From assembly GCA_037443905.1 (NCBI GenBank), contig JBBINL010000001.1, positions 1 through 50,300 of the forward strand: a DNA stretch of 50,300 nt. Reading direction: 5' to 3'. The stretch is from Burkholderiales bacterium (lineage in GTDB: Bacteria > Pseudomonadota > Gammaproteobacteria > Burkholderiales > Burkholderiaceae_C). Both the position numbers and the translations under genes were made by a program. Below, piece after piece: positions 11,186-22,329 of this stretch (position 1 is the first letter of the stretch; every line of letters begins with the position of its first letter). The notes beneath the pieces are model-generated. The model saw only the letters and a program-made list of their open reading frames with translations. It did no database searches and had not been told where the DNA came from.

Positions 11186-12922
11186 ATGCGTCAAACTTAC
11201 CGACTTCTATTCATCCTGCTGCTGACATGCCAGGCCACCGTTCAGGCACAGACACCCGCCCCGCCTGAGTCAACCGTGCGGAGTACGGCACTCGACAGTG
11301 GCCTTTTTTACCAATTGCTGCTCGGTGAGCTCAACGCCCAGGCGCAGGAGCCCGCTGCCGCCTTTTCCCTGATGCTAGATGCCGCGCACAGGACCGGGGA
11401 CGAGTCCCTTTTCCGGCGCTCGGTGGAAATTGCGCTGCGCGCGCGCTCGGGGGACTCGGCATTGCAGGCGGCCAAAGCCTGGCAGGATGCGGTTCCCGCT
11501 TCAGCCGAAGCCAATCGCTATGTGTTGCAGATCTTGTTGAGCCTGAATCGTCTGGCGAACACGCTCGAACCACTCAAACACCTGCTTGCGCAAACACCCA
11601 AGGCAGAACGGGTGGAAACGATCTGGGCCCTTCCGTCGCTCTATGAACGCGCCAGCGACAAGCAGCTGGCGGTCTCGGTGGTGCAAAAAGCCTTGACCCC
11701 GATGCTCACCGACCCTGCCCTGGGCGCCACGGCGTGGGCCACGCTGGGCCGCATGTGGCTTGCTGCGGGCGACCAGCAGGCAGCCTTGCATGCCGCAGAA
11801 AAAGGCCAAACCTTTCGCACACAGCAGGATCACCCGGCCTGGCTGGCCCTGGCCCTGATGCGTGAAGATGTGAGCCAGGCAGAAAACCTGGTCAAGAATT
11901 ATCTGACGAACAACCCAAGCATCGATTTCCGGATGGCATACGTGCAAACCCTGCTGCTGGCCAAGCGAAATTCCGAAGCCCACGCTGAACTGCACAACAT
12001 CAATCAGCAGCAGCCCGACTATGCCCCGGCCTGGTTGCTGCAAGGCGCCATGCAATTGCAAATGCGCGAGTGGGACAGCGCAGAAAGCCATTTCCTGCAC
12101 TACCTCGAGTTGATGAAAGAGCCAACACAGAAGCATGCCGACACGCCAAATCCCCGTGGGCTTTCACAGGCTTACCAGTCGCTGGCGCAAATTGCCGTGC
12201 AGCGCAAAGACCTGCAGCAGGCCCAGCAATGGCTCGAACGCGTCACGCACCCGGACGACTTTTTGTCAGCCCAGCTCAGGCGCGCCAGTCTGATGGCGCA
12301 GCAGGGTAAGCCTGAAGAAGCGCTGGCGCTGATCCACAGTCTGCCGGAACAATCCCGGACCGACATTCGACTCAAGCGCGGCACAGAGATAGAAATTCTG
12401 CGCAACCAGAAGCAGTTCGACCGTGCCCGCCAACTGCTCGAAGCGGCACTGGCCGACAACCCGGAAGATATCGATGTGGTTTATGACCTGGCCATGCTGG
12501 CCGAAAAAACAGGCGACCTGGCCGAAATGGAACGACTCCTGCGCGACCTGATCCAGGCCAAACCCGATGATCCACAAGCCTATAACGCGCTCGGCTATGC
12601 GCTGGCTGACCGCAAACTGCGCTTGCCCGAAGCCAGGCAACTGATTGAAAAGGCGTTGGCATTGGCCCCCAATGACCCGTTTATTATTGACAGCATGGGC
12701 TGGGTGGCATTTCGCATGGACCAGACCGATGAAGCACTGCGTTTGCTGCGCACGGCCTACAGCCAACGCCCCGACACAGAAATTGCGGCCCATCTGGGCG
12801 AAGTGCTTTGGGCTGCCGGGCAACGCGATGAGGCCCTGAAAATCTGGCGCGAAGGCCTCCAAGCCCAACCCGAAAACGAGACCCTGCGGGAAACACTGCA
12901 ACGTCTGCGTGTTGAACTGTGA
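11186..12922 (+). CDS. Exported tetratricopeptide repeat protein
   Basis: Signal peptide, TPR motifs ([32 protein letters not shown]) and usual position before lolB. Start could also be ATG 11168. Confidence 0.9.
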   Translation: MRQTYRLLFILLLTCQATVQAQTPAPPESTVRSTALDSGLFYQLLLGELNAQAQEPAAAFSLMLDAAHRTGDESLFRRSVEIALRARSGDSALQAAKAWQDAVPASAEANRYVLQILLSLNRLANTLEPLKHLLAQTPKAERVETIWALPSLYERASDKQLAVSVVQKALTPMLTDPALGATAWATLGRMWLAAGDQQAALHAAEKGQTFRTQQDHPAWLALALMREDVSQAENLVKNYLTNNPSIDFRMAYVQTLLLAKRNSEAHAELHNINQQQPDYAPAWLLQGAMQLQMREWDSAESHFLHYLELMKEPTQKHADTPNPRGLSQAYQSLAQIAVQRKDLQQAQQWLERVTHPDDFLSAQLRRASLMAQQGKPEEALALIHSLPEQSRTDIRLKRGTEIEILRNQKQFDRARQLLEAALADNPEDIDVVYDLAMLAEKTGDLAEMERLLRDLIQAKPDDPQAYNALGYALADRKLRLPEARQLIEKALALAPNDPFIIDSMGWVAFRMDQTDEALRLLRTAYSQRPDTEIAAHLGEVLWAAGQRDEALKIWREGLQAQPENETLRETLQRLRVEL

Positions 12923-13425
12923 GCCAGCGTTTCGCGTTTCTGCTGCTTTGCCTGCTGACGCTTTTCATGGCCGGTGGCTGCACCGTGCCCATCCGCACCC
13001 CTGCTGAAAACAATGCCCCCAGCGCCAGCTGGAATGGCCGCTTGGCGGTGCGGGTGGAGGCCACGGAAACGCTCGCGGCGCAAGCGTTTTCATCAACTTT
13101 TGAACTGCAAGGCAGGCCCGAGCACGGGGAACTGCGCTTTTATACCCCGCTGGGGAGCACCGCGGCAGCCATTGTCTGGTCGCCCAAACAGGCGCAAATG
13201 CAAAGCGGCAGCGACATCCAGTATTTCAGCAACATCACCGACCTCATCGCACAGGTGCTGGGCACAGCCGTACCGGTCACGGCGCTGTTTGCCTGGCTGG
13301 CCGGCGAAACATCAAGCCTGGACGGATGGCAGGTGGACCAGTCCCAGTTCGAGCATGGCAAAATCACGGCACGACGCATCAGCCCCGCTCCCCAGGCAGA
13401 AATCCGCATCGTCCTTGAACCCTGA
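12919..13425 (+). CDS. lolB: Outer-membrane lipoprotein insertase LolB
   Basis: Lipobox-like MAGGC, WNGRLAVR, FELQG, TPLG; position between the TPR gene and ispE. Confidence 0.88.
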   Translation: MSQRFAFLLLCLLTLFMAGGCTVPIRTPAENNAPSASWNGRLAVRVEATETLAAQAFSSTFELQGRPEHGELRFYTPLGSTAAAIVWSPKQAQMQSGSDIQYFSNITDLIAQVLGTAVPVTALFAWLAGETSSLDGWQVDQSQFEHGKITARRISPAPQAEIRIVLEP

Positions 13426-13460
13426 ACCGCTGCAACCGGCGCCAGCTCCGAGCCATTTTC

Positions 13461-14297
13461 ATGAAATCCTTGCTTGACGTACCGGCACCGGCAAAGCTCA
13501 ACCTGTTTTTGCACATCGTCGGCCGCCGCGCCGACGGCTACCACCTGCTGGAATCGGTGTTCATGCTGATCGACTGGTGCGACACCCTGCACTTTGAGCT
13601 ACGGCCCGAGCGCGCCATCAGCCGCGAAGACCTGACCTCAGCGTTGCCCGTCGATGACCTGACCGTTCGTGCCGCCCGCGCCCTGCAGGTCGTCAGCGGC
13701 ACCTCCCATGGCGTGCACATCAGCATTGCCAAGCACATTCCGGAGCAGGCCGGGCTCGGCGGCGGCTCCTCGGATGCAGCCTCGACCCTGCTGGCACTCA
13801 ACCGTTTGTGGCATCTTGATCTGAGCCTGACACAACTCATGCAGGTCGGCTTGCAACTCGGAGCCGACGTGCCCTTCTTTTTGCATGGCCAATCTGCCTG
13901 GGTCAGCGGAATTGGCGAGCAGATGACGCAGGTCGAGCTGCAAGCCGCCAGTTTTGTGGTGGTCAAACCTGCACAAGGTTTGCAGACCGGGCTAATTTTT
14001 TCGCATCCTGATCTGAAAAGAGACACCAAAACCGCTACAATCTCGGACTTCGCTGCAGACGCATTTGACTTTGGTCACAACGACTTGCAGCCTGTGGCTC
14101 AGCTACTTTGCCCCTCGGTCACACAGGCACTCGCCTGGTGCAGCGAGCGTGGGCTCAAGGGCAGAATGACAGGTTCTGGAAGCGCTGTGTTTGCACGCGT
14201 CATTGGAGATTTTGAAATTGGCCAAGAGGCTGGTTTTCTGATCAGACAATGCAGGAATTTGGCAGCTCACCCACTTCAGGGCTGGGCTGTGGATTGA
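13461..14297 (+). CDS. ispE: 4-diphosphocytidyl-2-C-methyl-D-erythritol kinase
   Basis: PAKLNLFLHI, GYHLLES, IPEQAGLGGGSSDAA, LGADVPFF, MTGSGSAVF. Confidence 0.97.
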   Translation: MKSLLDVPAPAKLNLFLHIVGRRADGYHLLESVFMLIDWCDTLHFELRPERAISREDLTSALPVDDLTVRAARALQVVSGTSHGVHISIAKHIPEQAGLGGGSSDAASTLLALNRLWHLDLSLTQLMQVGLQLGADVPFFLHGQSAWVSGIGEQMTQVELQAASFVVVKPAQGLQTGLIFSHPDLKRDTKTATISDFAADAFDFGHNDLQPVAQLLCPSVTQALAWCSERGLKGRMTGSGSAVFARVIGDFEIGQEAGFLIRQCRNLAAHPLQGWAVD

Positions 14298-14333
14298 GTT
14301 TTCGGTTGCACATGTCTCATGTTCAACCCGTGT

Positions 14334-14410
14334 AGGGGAGTCGCCAAGCTGGTTAAGGCACTGGATTTTGATTCCAGCATGCGAAGGTTCGAATCCTTCC
14401 TCCCCTGCCA
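14334..14410 (+). tRNA. tRNA-Gln(TTG)
   Basis: Acceptor stem AGGGGAG/CTCCCCT, anticodon arm CTGGA-TTTTGAT-TCCAG, T-arm GAAGG-TTCGAAT-CCTTC, CCA; canonical ispE-tRNA-Gln-prs position. Confidence 0.97.
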
Positions 14411-14466
14411 AATTGACACTTGTCCAGATGTGACATGCAACTAGCGATTCATTAATTGGGATTTCC

Positions 14467-15444
14467 ATGCACGCCGATCAAACGCCTGACTTCATGGTTT
14501 TTACAGGCAATGCCAATCCCGTTCTGGCCAGTGAAATAGCGCATTACCTCCACATCAGCCTCGGCGATGCAGAGGTCGGACGCTTCTCTGACGGCGAAGT
14601 CACCGTCGAGATCAAGCAGAATGTGCGCGCCCGCGACGTCTTTGTGGTGCAAAGCACCTGCGCCCCCACCAATGAAAACCTGATGGAACTGCTGATCATG
14701 GTGGACGCGCTCAAGCGCGCATCCGCCGAGCGCATCAGCGCCGTCATTCCCTATTTTGGCTACGCCCGGCAGGATCGCCGTCCGCGCTCCAGCCGCGTGC
14801 CAATCTCTGCCAAAGTGGTGGCCAACATGCTGCAAGCGGTGGGTGTGGCACGGGTTTTGACCATGGATTTGCATGCCGACCAGATCCAGGGGTTTTTCGA
14901 CATTCCAGTGGACAATATTTACGCCTCGCCCGTGTTGCTCGGCGACTTGCGGCAAAAAAATTACGACGACCTGATCGTGGTCTCGCCCGATGTGGGCGGC
15001 GTGGTGCGTGCCCGGGCACTGGCCAAGCAGCTCAACTGCGATCTGGCCATCATCGACAAGCGCCGCCCGAAAGCCAATGTCAGCGAAGTGATGCATGTGA
15101 TCGGCGAAATCGATGGCCGCAACTGCGTTGTCATGGACGACATGATTGACACCGCAGGCACCCTGGTCAAGGCGGCTGAAGTGCTCAAGGAGCGCGGCGC
15201 CAAAAAGGTTTACGCCTATTGCACGCATCCCATTTTTTCAGGCCCTGCCATCGAGCGCATCACCATCGGTGCGGCACTCGATGAAGTTGTCGTCACTAAC
15301 ACGATTCCCCTGACTCCCGCTGCCATGGCCTGCCCCAAGATTCGCCAGCTCAGCGTGGCGCCGCTCATTGGCGAGACCATTCAGCGCATTGCCAAGGGAA
15401 AATCAGTGATGAGTTTTTTTTCTGATCAGGAAAACCTTTTCTGA
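14467..15444 (+). CDS. prs: Ribose-phosphate pyrophosphokinase
   Basis: [45 protein letters not shown]. Confidence 0.98.
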   Translation: MHADQTPDFMVFTGNANPVLASEIAHYLHISLGDAEVGRFSDGEVTVEIKQNVRARDVFVVQSTCAPTNENLMELLIMVDALKRASAERISAVIPYFGYARQDRRPRSSRVPISAKVVANMLQAVGVARVLTMDLHADQIQGFFDIPVDNIYASPVLLGDLRQKNYDDLIVVSPDVGGVVRARALAKQLNCDLAIIDKRRPKANVSEVMHVIGEIDGRNCVVMDDMIDTAGTLVKAAEVLKERGAKKVYAYCTHPIFSGPAIERITIGAALDEVVVTNTIPLTPAAMACPKIRQLSVAPLIGETIQRIAKGKSVMSFFSDQENLF

Positions 15445-15497
15445 TCGGATTTCAAGTCGCCGGTGTCGCCCTCAAAAGTGCCCGGTTTTTTCAATCA

Positions 15498-15522
15498 GGG
15501 CCCCACTGGTCGCGGTGGGCTC
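15498..15522 (+). promoter_or_regulatory. Hairpin in the rplY leader (probable L25 leader element)
   Basis: CCCACTG-GTCG-CGGTGGG stem-loop just before the AGGAG SD; GGTCGC-containing hairpins are recalled from rplY leaders, not verified. Confidence 0.5.
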
Positions 15523-15537
15523 TACCAGGAGTCAGTC

Positions 15538-16191
15538 ATGAAATTTGTCGCTTTTGAGCGTTCCAAGCAGGGCACGGGTGCGAGCCGCCGTCTGCGCATC
15601 TCCGGTCGCACACCGGGTATTGTTTACGGTGGTGCAACGCCCCCCCAATTGATCGAATTGGATCACAACGCACTCTGGCATGCGCTGAAAAAAGAAGCAT
15701 TCCACTCCAGCGTGCTGAACATGGAAATTGGCGACACCAGCAGCCCGGTTCTGCTGCGTGACGTACAGGTCCATCCATACAAGCAACTCATCTTGCATGT
15801 CGACTTTCAACGCGTCGATGCCACGACCAAACTTCACATGAAAGTGCCATTGCACTTCTTTGGCGATGAAAATTCGCCCGCCGTGAAGGCCGAAGGCTGC
15901 ATTGCCAACCACGTCATGAGCGAGCTTGACGTGCTGTGCCTGCCAGGTGACCTGCCCGAGTTCATCAAGGTCGACTTGAGCGGCCTGAAAAAAGGCGCAT
16001 CCCTGCACCTGGCCAATATCAGCCTGCCCAAGGGCGTGTCGGTGGTGATACACGGCAGCGACAAGAACCCGGTGGTCGTCTCGGTGGTTGCTGTCGCTGG
16101 CGGCGAACCTGAAGCGGCTGCGGCCGCCCCGGCCGAGCCGGCTGCTGCTGAAGCTGCTGCCAAACCGGCTGAAAAAGCCAGCAAGAAATAA
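15538..16191 (+). CDS. rplY: 50S ribosomal protein L25 / Ctc
   Basis: [34 protein letters not shown]; SD AGGAG before ATG 15538. Confidence 0.97.
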   Translation: MKFVAFERSKQGTGASRRLRISGRTPGIVYGGATPPQLIELDHNALWHALKKEAFHSSVLNMEIGDTSSPVLLRDVQVHPYKQLILHVDFQRVDATTKLHMKVPLHFFGDENSPAVKAEGCIANHVMSELDVLCLPGDLPEFIKVDLSGLKKGASLHLANISLPKGVSVVIHGSDKNPVVVSVVAVAGGEPEAAAAAPAEPAAAEAAAKPAEKASKK

Positions 16192-16210
16192 GCCTTTCGG
16201 CGCTTTACCC

Positions 16211-16241
16211 AAAAGGGCTCACCGAGGTGAGCCCTTTTTTT
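16211..16241 (+). terminator. Rho-independent terminator after rplY
   Basis: AAAAGGGCTCACC-GA-GGTGAGCCCTTTTTTT. Confidence 0.9.
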
Positions 16242-16277
16242 GCCCGCCCATTTGCAATCATGTTCAATAATGTGCCC

Positions 16278-16916
16278 ATGATCAGACTCTTTGTGGGGCT
16301 CGGCAATCCGGGTCCGGAATACGAACAGACCCGCCATAACGCCGGATTCTGGTGGCTCGATGCCCTGGCGCGCGAGCTCAAGGTCAATTTGATGCCCGAC
16401 AAAAGTTACCATGGTCTGGTGGCGCGCACCAGTGTCGGCGGACAGTCGGTCTGGCTGCTGGCACCGCAAACCTTCATGAACCTGAGCGGCAAATCGGTGG
16501 CTGCCCTGGCCAATTTTTTCAAAATCGCACCGCAGGAAATTCTGGTCGCCCACGACGATCTGGACATCGCCCCAGGGCAAGCCAAGCTCAAGCTCGGTGG
16601 CAGCCACGCCGGCCACAACGGCCTGCGCGACATTCATGCGCAACTCGGAGGCGACCAGTACTGGCGGCTGCGTCTTGGCATTGGCCACCCAGGGAGCAAG
16701 TCAGAGGTGCTGAACTGGGTATTGAAGAAACCCTCGCTGGATCACCGCATCGCCATCGATCAGGCGATTGATCGTGCCCTCAAGGCCTTGCCCTGCTTTC
16801 TTTCGGGTGACATGGAACAGGCCACACGCCAGGTGCACACCAGCAAACCTCCCCGGCCGGCCAAGCCCAAACCAGCCGCCCATGCCGCTCAGAAAGCCAC
16901 GCCCGGCGACGCGTGA
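16278..16916 (+). CDS. pth: Peptidyl-tRNA hydrolase
   Basis: [45 protein letters not shown]. Confidence 0.97.
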   Translation: MIRLFVGLGNPGPEYEQTRHNAGFWWLDALARELKVNLMPDKSYHGLVARTSVGGQSVWLLAPQTFMNLSGKSVAALANFFKIAPQEILVAHDDLDIAPGQAKLKLGGSHAGHNGLRDIHAQLGGDQYWRLRLGIGHPGSKSEVLNWVLKKPSLDHRIAIDQAIDRALKALPCFLSGDMEQATRQVHTSKPPRPAKPKPAAHAAQKATPGDA

Positions 16917-16954
16917 TATCCTTCACCCAGTTCCACCCTGCAGGGAACAAGGGA

Positions 16955-17386
16955 ATGTCGATGCGAAATCACTTCTGGCGCGCTTTGATCCTGGTCACGG
17001 GACTTGCTGGCGCATGGCATGTGCAGTCTCAAACCATTTACCGATGCGGCAACAGTTACAGCCAGGCTCCCTGCCCGGGTGCCGTGACCATGGATTTGAG
17101 TGATCTGAGTGACACCCGACTGAAAGAGCAAAGAGAGCAGACGCAAGCGGCTGCGCAAAACGACGCCCGCTTGGCTGATAAGCTGGAACAGGAACGTCTG
17201 GCAGAAGAAAAACGTCAGTTGGCGAACAATCTCCCCGACGCCACCAACACACCACCGAATAGCTCGGTCAAGGCCTTGGACCAAATCCCGAAACGCAAAC
17301 CCAAGCGAAATCGATCCAAGCGCAAAAAGGCAACAACCCTGCCTGCTACGGCTCAAATGGACAATGTGACAAGCCTGGCCCAATAG
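16955..17386 (+). CDS. Exported hypothetical protein (DUF4124-like)
   Basis: Signal peptide, then IYRCGNSYSQAPC, a coiled coil and a basic tail. Start 16955 or 16961. Confidence 0.7.
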   Translation: MSMRNHFWRALILVTGLAGAWHVQSQTIYRCGNSYSQAPCPGAVTMDLSDLSDTRLKEQREQTQAAAQNDARLADKLEQERLAEEKRQLANNLPDATNTPPNSSVKALDQIPKRKPKRNRSKRKKATTLPATAQMDNVTSLAQ

Positions 17387-17431
17387 GCTCAGCGGCAGCT
17401 TGCGGTCAGGGCCAACCCGCTGAAGATCCGA

Positions 17432-17701
17432 TCAACGCGTTGACTCAGCCACGGCCTGGGCCTGCAGGCGCCGGAACTTTTGCCACAGTGTTTCCTTATC
17501 CTCGACAAAAGCAGGATTGACGGGGATGCAGTTCACCGGGCACACCTGCACGCACTGCGGCTCGTCAAAATGGCCGACGCATTCGGTGCATTTGTGCGGG
17601 TCGATCTCGTAGATTTCCGGGCCCAGGTAAATGGCATCGTTGGGGCATTCAGGCTCGCAAACATCGCAGTTGATGCATTCGTCGGTGATCCACAGGGCCA
17701 T
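17432..17701 (-). CDS. YfhL-family 2[4Fe-4S] ferredoxin
   Basis: CINCDVCEPECPN and CTECVGHFDEPQCVQVCP. Confidence 0.95.
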   Translation of the reverse strand: MALWITDECINCDVCEPECPNDAIYLGPEIYEIDPHKCTECVGHFDEPQCVQVCPVNCIPVNPAFVEDKETLWQKFRRLQAQAVAESTR

Positions 17702-17749
17702 AAGCGCAAGCTGGCAAAATTGAGGTGAGCCCGATTTTAAAAGTCCGGC

Positions 17750-18205
17750 TTATTCCGTGACGTCAGCAATGACTTGCTCTGCGCCCTTGACAATCATCAC
17801 CGGCACGCCAGAGGCATGCAGCACCTCGTTGGAGACCGAGCCCAGCAGCGCGCTGCGCAGCGCACTGATGCCGCTGGCGCCCATGACCACCAGATCGCAG
17901 CCGTAGTTTTCGAGAATGTCAACCAGCGTGTGCGCCGGGTCGCCCGAGGCGACTTCAAGCTCGTACGCCAGTCCCGCAGCATCCAGCAACGCCTGAGCGG
18001 GCTGCAGGGTGTTGGCCCCCGCCACCGCGCTGACTTGCTCGATCACCGCCGGGTCATGCGCCACCATCAGCTCATACAAGGTGGCGGGTTCCTGCACATT
18101 GGCCAGCACCAGGCTGGTCTGCAGGCCGTCGCCCGCCATGCGGATGACAAAACGCACCGCTTCCAGCGCCACAGCCGAGCCATCAAAAGGCAAAAGGATT
18201 TTCAT
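17750..18205 (-). CDS. Universal stress protein
   Basis: MKILLPFDGS..DLVVMGASG..LLGSVSNEVL..PVMIVK; GGAG SD before ATG 18205. Confidence 0.92.
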   Translation of the reverse strand: MKILLPFDGSAVALEAVRFVIRMAGDGLQTSLVLANVQEPATLYELMVAHDPAVIEQVSAVAGANTLQPAQALLDAAGLAYELEVASGDPAHTLVDILENYGCDLVVMGASGISALRSALLGSVSNEVLHASGVPVMIVKGAEQVIADVTE

Positions 18206-18221
18206 CTTTTTCTCCAGAAAT

Positions 18222-18728
18222 TCAGGGGGCAGTGCCCTTTTGGCTGCGCACTTTTTGCAGCAGCCGCTGATTGACCTCGGGCGAGACAAATTTATCCACT
18301 TCGCCACCTAGCGTGGCAATTTCACGCACAAAGGTGCTGGAAATGAACTGGAACCTGTCGCCAGGCGTCAAAAATACGGTTTCAACATCGGGCATCAGGC
18401 TGCGGTTCATGCCAGCCAACTGAAACTCGTAATCAAAATCGGTCACGGCGCGCAAGCCCCGCACCATTGCCCTGGCGCCGCGCGTCACGACAAAATCACG
18501 CATCAAGCCATTAAAGCTTTCCACTTTGACATTGGGGTAAGCCTTGACTGCCTCAGACGCCATGGTCATGCGCTCACCCAGGGAAAACATGGCCTTTTTA
18601 TGGTGACCGGCGGCCACCGCCACAATCACATGGCTGAACAACTGGGCCGCGCGACGCACCACGTCTTCATGACCCAGCGTGATCGGATCGAAGGTGCCGG
18701 GATACACGGCAATCAGTTCATTGGCCAT
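18222..18728 (-). CDS. coaD: Phosphopantetheine adenylyltransferase
   Basis: [36 protein letters not shown]. Confidence 0.98.
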   Translation of the reverse strand: MANELIAVYPGTFDPITLGHEDVVRRAAQLFSHVIVAVAAGHHKKAMFSLGERMTMASEAVKAYPNVKVESFNGLMRDFVVTRGARAMVRGLRAVTDFDYEFQLAGMNRSLMPDVETVFLTPGDRFQFISSTFVREIATLGGEVDKFVSPEVNQRLLQKVRSQKGTAP

Positions 18729-18764
18729 GGCAAATAGCGGGTTGGAGTTGACATAGGGTCATTA

Positions 18765-19388
18765 TCAACCCGCTGGCGCTGGATCAACTCGCCTGAGCAA
18801 GTGCGCGTGCACCAAACCCGCCCTGAGGTAGCGATGCGCCTGCAAGCCGAGCGCCAGCAGTTCGGCATCAAGCCAGCGTTTGGGCGCTTCCAGATAGACA
18901 AAACCTGCCACGCTGAGCGCGCGTGCAGCTGCCTGCAGCGACACCTCGAACAGATTCGAGTCAAATGGTGGGTCCAGAAAGACCAGTTCCAGACTGGCAG
19001 GCAAGGCATGGCGCAACGCGGCCACGCCGTCGCCGCGCTGCACTTGCAGCGCGGTCGCATCGAGTTGTTCCTGCGCTCGCCTGAGTTGCGCCACCACTGC
19101 GCCGTCCTGTTCGACCAGCAGCACCTGTGCCGCGCCGCGCGAGGCTGCCTCGAAACCCAGTGCGCCGGTGCCGGCAAAGGCGTCCAGGCAGCGCCAGCCG
19201 TTCAGGTCCTGCCCGAGCCAGTTGAACAGGGTTTCGCGCACCCGGTCTGGCGTGGGACGCAATCCTGGCTTGTCTGCCACTTTCAGTTTTCTGCGTTTGT
19301 AATGGCCGCCGATGATGCGCACTTCATGGCTTTGTCCTGCCCGCGGGCGCGATGCCCTGGGCTTGGGCTGGGATGGGGGTCGCTTCAT
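18765..19388 (-). CDS. rsmD: 16S rRNA m2G966 methyltransferase
   Basis: VRIIGG, LRPTPDRVRETLFNWL, LDAFAGTGALGFEA, FLDPPF. Start uncertain. Confidence 0.95.
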   Translation of the reverse strand: MKRPPSQPKPRASRPRAGQSHEVRIIGGHYKRRKLKVADKPGLRPTPDRVRETLFNWLGQDLNGWRCLDAFAGTGALGFEAASRGAAQVLLVEQDGAVVAQLRRAQEQLDATALQVQRGDGVAALRHALPASLELVFLDPPFDSNLFEVSLQAAARALSVAGFVYLEAPKRWLDAELLALGLQAHRYLRAGLVHAHLLRRVDPAPAG

Positions 19389-19456
19389 GCGCTGCATCTT
19401 ACCTGCGGCCCAACCCGGCATGGCCTGGTTCAAGGCCCCTAGTGTGGTGTTGCACG

Positions 19457-20839
19457 CTAGCGCGCCGCCCCGGCCCCACCCAGCACCACGGTCACCATCC
19501 GGTCGGGTTGCAGCACGCGCTGGAAGGCCGCCCTGATATCCGCCAGGGTGATGTCCTGCACGCGCTGCGACCAGCTATCGAGATAGTCCAGCGGCAAGTC
19601 ATTCCAGGCGATGTTGGCCACGTTATCAAGCAGTTTGCGATTGCTGTCCAGGCGCAGGGCAAAGCCGCCGATCAGGTTGTCCTTGGCGGCCTGAAGCTCC
19701 TGCCCTGTGGGGCCGTCAGCGACGAAACGGGCCAACACGTCGCGCGAGACTTGCAGCGCCTGTTCGGCCTGATCCGGGCGGGTCTGCAGGCCAAGCGTGA
19801 AAGCACCGGCGTGCAGACTGGGAGAAAAATAACTGTAGACGCTGTAACTCAGGCCGCGTTTTTCGCGCACCTCGTTGGTCAGTCGCGAAACGAAACCGCC
19901 GCCGCCCAGGATGTAATTGCCAACCAGCAAGGCAAAAAAATCAGGGTCGCTGCGCTTGTAGCCCGGCTGGCCCATCAGCACATGGGCCTGCGCCGAATCA
20001 AACGCAATGCGCTGTTCGCTGGACTCGGTCAGTGGCGCCACCTCAGCCACCGGGGGCAGCGCCGGGCAGTGCAGTTTTCCGCCTGTTGTTGCTTGTGAAC
20101 CGGTCAACCCGTCGAGCAACTGCGTCACCAGGCTGTCCGCCTGGTCACGGGTCAAGGCGCCCACCAGGGTGACCTTGGCGCGACAAGGCTGAATCAACCG
20201 GCGGTACAGGTCTGCCATGTGCGTGACCTCGATGCGCTTGAGGCTGTCCTCGGTGGTGTCATAGCCGTAGGGATGGTTGCCAAACACCGCCTGGTCAAAA
20301 GCGCGCTGCGCCACCGTGGCAGGTCGCGTGTTGGCTTCCCTGATGGCGGCACTCATGGTGGCGCGTTCGCGCTGCCAGATGTCGGCTGGAAACGCCGGCC
20401 TGGCCAGTTGCCGCGCCGCCAGCCGCACCGCTTTGGCAAGCAGATCCGGGTAGGTGAGCGTGCGCAGTGCAAAACTCATGCGGTCGCTGCTGGCGTGGCC
20501 GCCAAAGCTGGCACCCAGGTCGGCCCAGGCCTCGCCCAGCGCATTTTCATCCAGCGCCGGCTCACCCCGGGCCGGATCGGCCAGCACACCCATGCCGCTC
20601 ATGCTGGCCGTGACGCTTGCCAGGCCGGCCTGGCTGGCCGGGTCGCGGCGGCTGCCGGCATCGAAGTCGAGCTGCACGTCGACCATCGGGATGGCATGGC
20701 TCTGCACCAGAAACACTTGGGCACCGCTGGGTTGCGTCCAATGCTCGATGGCAATTCCTGCCACCGAGGCATGCATGAATAAAAGACTGGTGCCGGCTGT
20801 GGCCAGCGCGTGAATGAATGTTTTTTTGAACGAGATCAT
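19457..20839 (-). CDS. M16B peptidase, non-zinc partner subunit
   Basis: No HXXEH; carries ILGGGGFVSRL and VREKRGLSY (R/Y pair); signal peptide. Confidence 0.9.
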   Translation of the reverse strand: MISFKKTFIHALATAGTSLLFMHASVAGIAIEHWTQPSGAQVFLVQSHAIPMVDVQLDFDAGSRRDPASQAGLASVTASMSGMGVLADPARGEPALDENALGEAWADLGASFGGHASSDRMSFALRTLTYPDLLAKAVRLAARQLARPAFPADIWQRERATMSAAIREANTRPATVAQRAFDQAVFGNHPYGYDTTEDSLKRIEVTHMADLYRRLIQPCRAKVTLVGALTRDQADSLVTQLLDGLTGSQATTGGKLHCPALPPVAEVAPLTESSEQRIAFDSAQAHVLMGQPGYKRSDPDFFALLVGNYILGGGGFVSRLTNEVREKRGLSYSVYSYFSPSLHAGAFTLGLQTRPDQAEQALQVSRDVLARFVADGPTGQELQAAKDNLIGGFALRLDSNRKLLDNVANIAWNDLPLDYLDSWSQRVQDITLADIRAAFQRVLQPDRMVTVVLGGAGAAR

Positions 20840-20860
20840 GGATTGAATTTGGCAACGGTT

Positions 20861-22300
20861 TCAGTGCCGTGCACCGGCTTTGGCAGTGCGTGGCTGGCGT
20901 TCTTTTTTCAAGGGCTGGGGCAGCAACTGGGCCACCGTCAACTGGTCGTCGCCAAAGTATTTGCCAGCCACCGCCTTGACCTGGTCTGCCGTCACGTCGC
21001 GCAGGCGCTCGATCAGGCGCTCGCTGGCATTGAGCGGCAGCCCCTGTACCCAGTTGCTGCCCAGCTCACGCGCCTGGTTGAAAACCGAGTCAAGCTTGTA
21101 AACCTCACTGGCCACCCACTGCGTTTTGACACGGTTGAGTTCGGCTTCGGACACGCCCTCAGTGGCAATGCGCGCCACCTGCTCACGCAGCGCGGTCTCC
21201 ACCTGTGCAGCCGTTTTGCCCTGGGCGGGCACCCCCGACAGGGTGAACAATTGCGGACCGCGACCCCACAAACCGTTGTCGGCCCCGGCGCTGTCGGCCA
21301 CGCGGTCGGGCCCCTGGGTCAGGGCACGCTCCAGCCGGGCGCCGCTGTAACCGTCGAGCACCGCGGACAGCACGGTCAGGGCCAGCGCGTCGGCTTCATC
21401 CGGTCCGCCCTCGAAGGACTGGAACGACGGCACTTTGAAAGCCAGCGTGACCAGGGCCTGTTCGGCGGGTGCCTTGAAGGTGATGCGCTTGACACCCGTC
21501 TGGACCGGCTCCTCGCGCGGCTTGCGCTCTGGCAAGGCCCGGCCTGGCAGGCTGCCATAGTACTTTTCAGCCAGGCGGCGCACCTCGCCCACATCGACAT
21601 CGCCGGCCACCACCACAGCGGCATTGGCGGGCACATACCAGCGCTGGTAAAAGGCACGGGCATCATCGGGCTTGAGGGCATCGAGGTCACTCATCCAGCC
21701 GACGATCGGGCGGCGGTAGGGTGAGGCAACAAAAGCCGTGGCGTTGAGCGCCTCGTGCATCAGCGCCCGCGGGTTGTCTTCGGTGCGCATGCGGCGCTCT
21801 TCCTTGACGACTTCCAGCTCTTTCCTGAACTCTTCGTCTGGCCACTGGTTGTGGGCAAACCGGTCGGCTTCGAGCTGCATCACATCGGCCAGCCGGTTGG
21901 CCGGAATTTGCTGGTAGTAGCCGGTGTAGTCAAGGCTGGTAAAAGCGTTGTCGCGACCACCCAATGCGGCAACACGGCGCGAAAACTCGCCCGCCGGCAC
22001 ACTCGGCGTGCCCTTGAACAGCATGTGCTCGAGCACATGCGCCACGCCCGAGGCGCCATCCACCTCGTCCATCGAGCCCACGCGCAGCCACAGCATGTGC
22101 ACCGCCGTGGGCGCGCGCCGGTCGGGTTTGACGATCAGGCTCATGCCGTTGGCCAAGGTGAATTGTTGTGCCTGGACTGACGGCGACTCGAGCGCGCTGG
22201 TGGCTTGCGCGCTGGCCGTTGCCAGGCTGACCCAGAGCATCGGAGCAAGGCACCATCGGGTGATGCCGGTGGCAAAAATTGAAGCTGCTTTGTGTTTCAT
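20861..22300 (-). CDS. M16B zinc peptidase, catalytic subunit
   Basis: Inverted zinc motif HVLEH (GVAHVLEHMLFKGT), NAFTS, VVKEERR; signal peptide. Confidence 0.93.
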   Translation of the reverse strand: MKHKAASIFATGITRWCLAPMLWVSLATASAQATSALESPSVQAQQFTLANGMSLIVKPDRRAPTAVHMLWLRVGSMDEVDGASGVAHVLEHMLFKGTPSVPAGEFSRRVAALGGRDNAFTSLDYTGYYQQIPANRLADVMQLEADRFAHNQWPDEEFRKELEVVKEERRMRTEDNPRALMHEALNATAFVASPYRRPIVGWMSDLDALKPDDARAFYQRWYVPANAAVVVAGDVDVGEVRRLAEKYYGSLPGRALPERKPREEPVQTGVKRITFKAPAEQALVTLAFKVPSFQSFEGGPDEADALALTVLSAVLDGYSGARLERALTQGPDRVADSAGADNGLWGRGPQLFTLSGVPAQGKTAAQVETALREQVARIATEGVSEAELNRVKTQWVASEVYKLDSVFNQARELGSNWVQGLPLNASERLIERLRDVTADQVKAVAGKYFGDDQLTVAQLLPQPLKKERQPRTAKAGARH

Positions 22301-22329
22301 AGAATGCAGTGATACCACGACCTCTTCAA

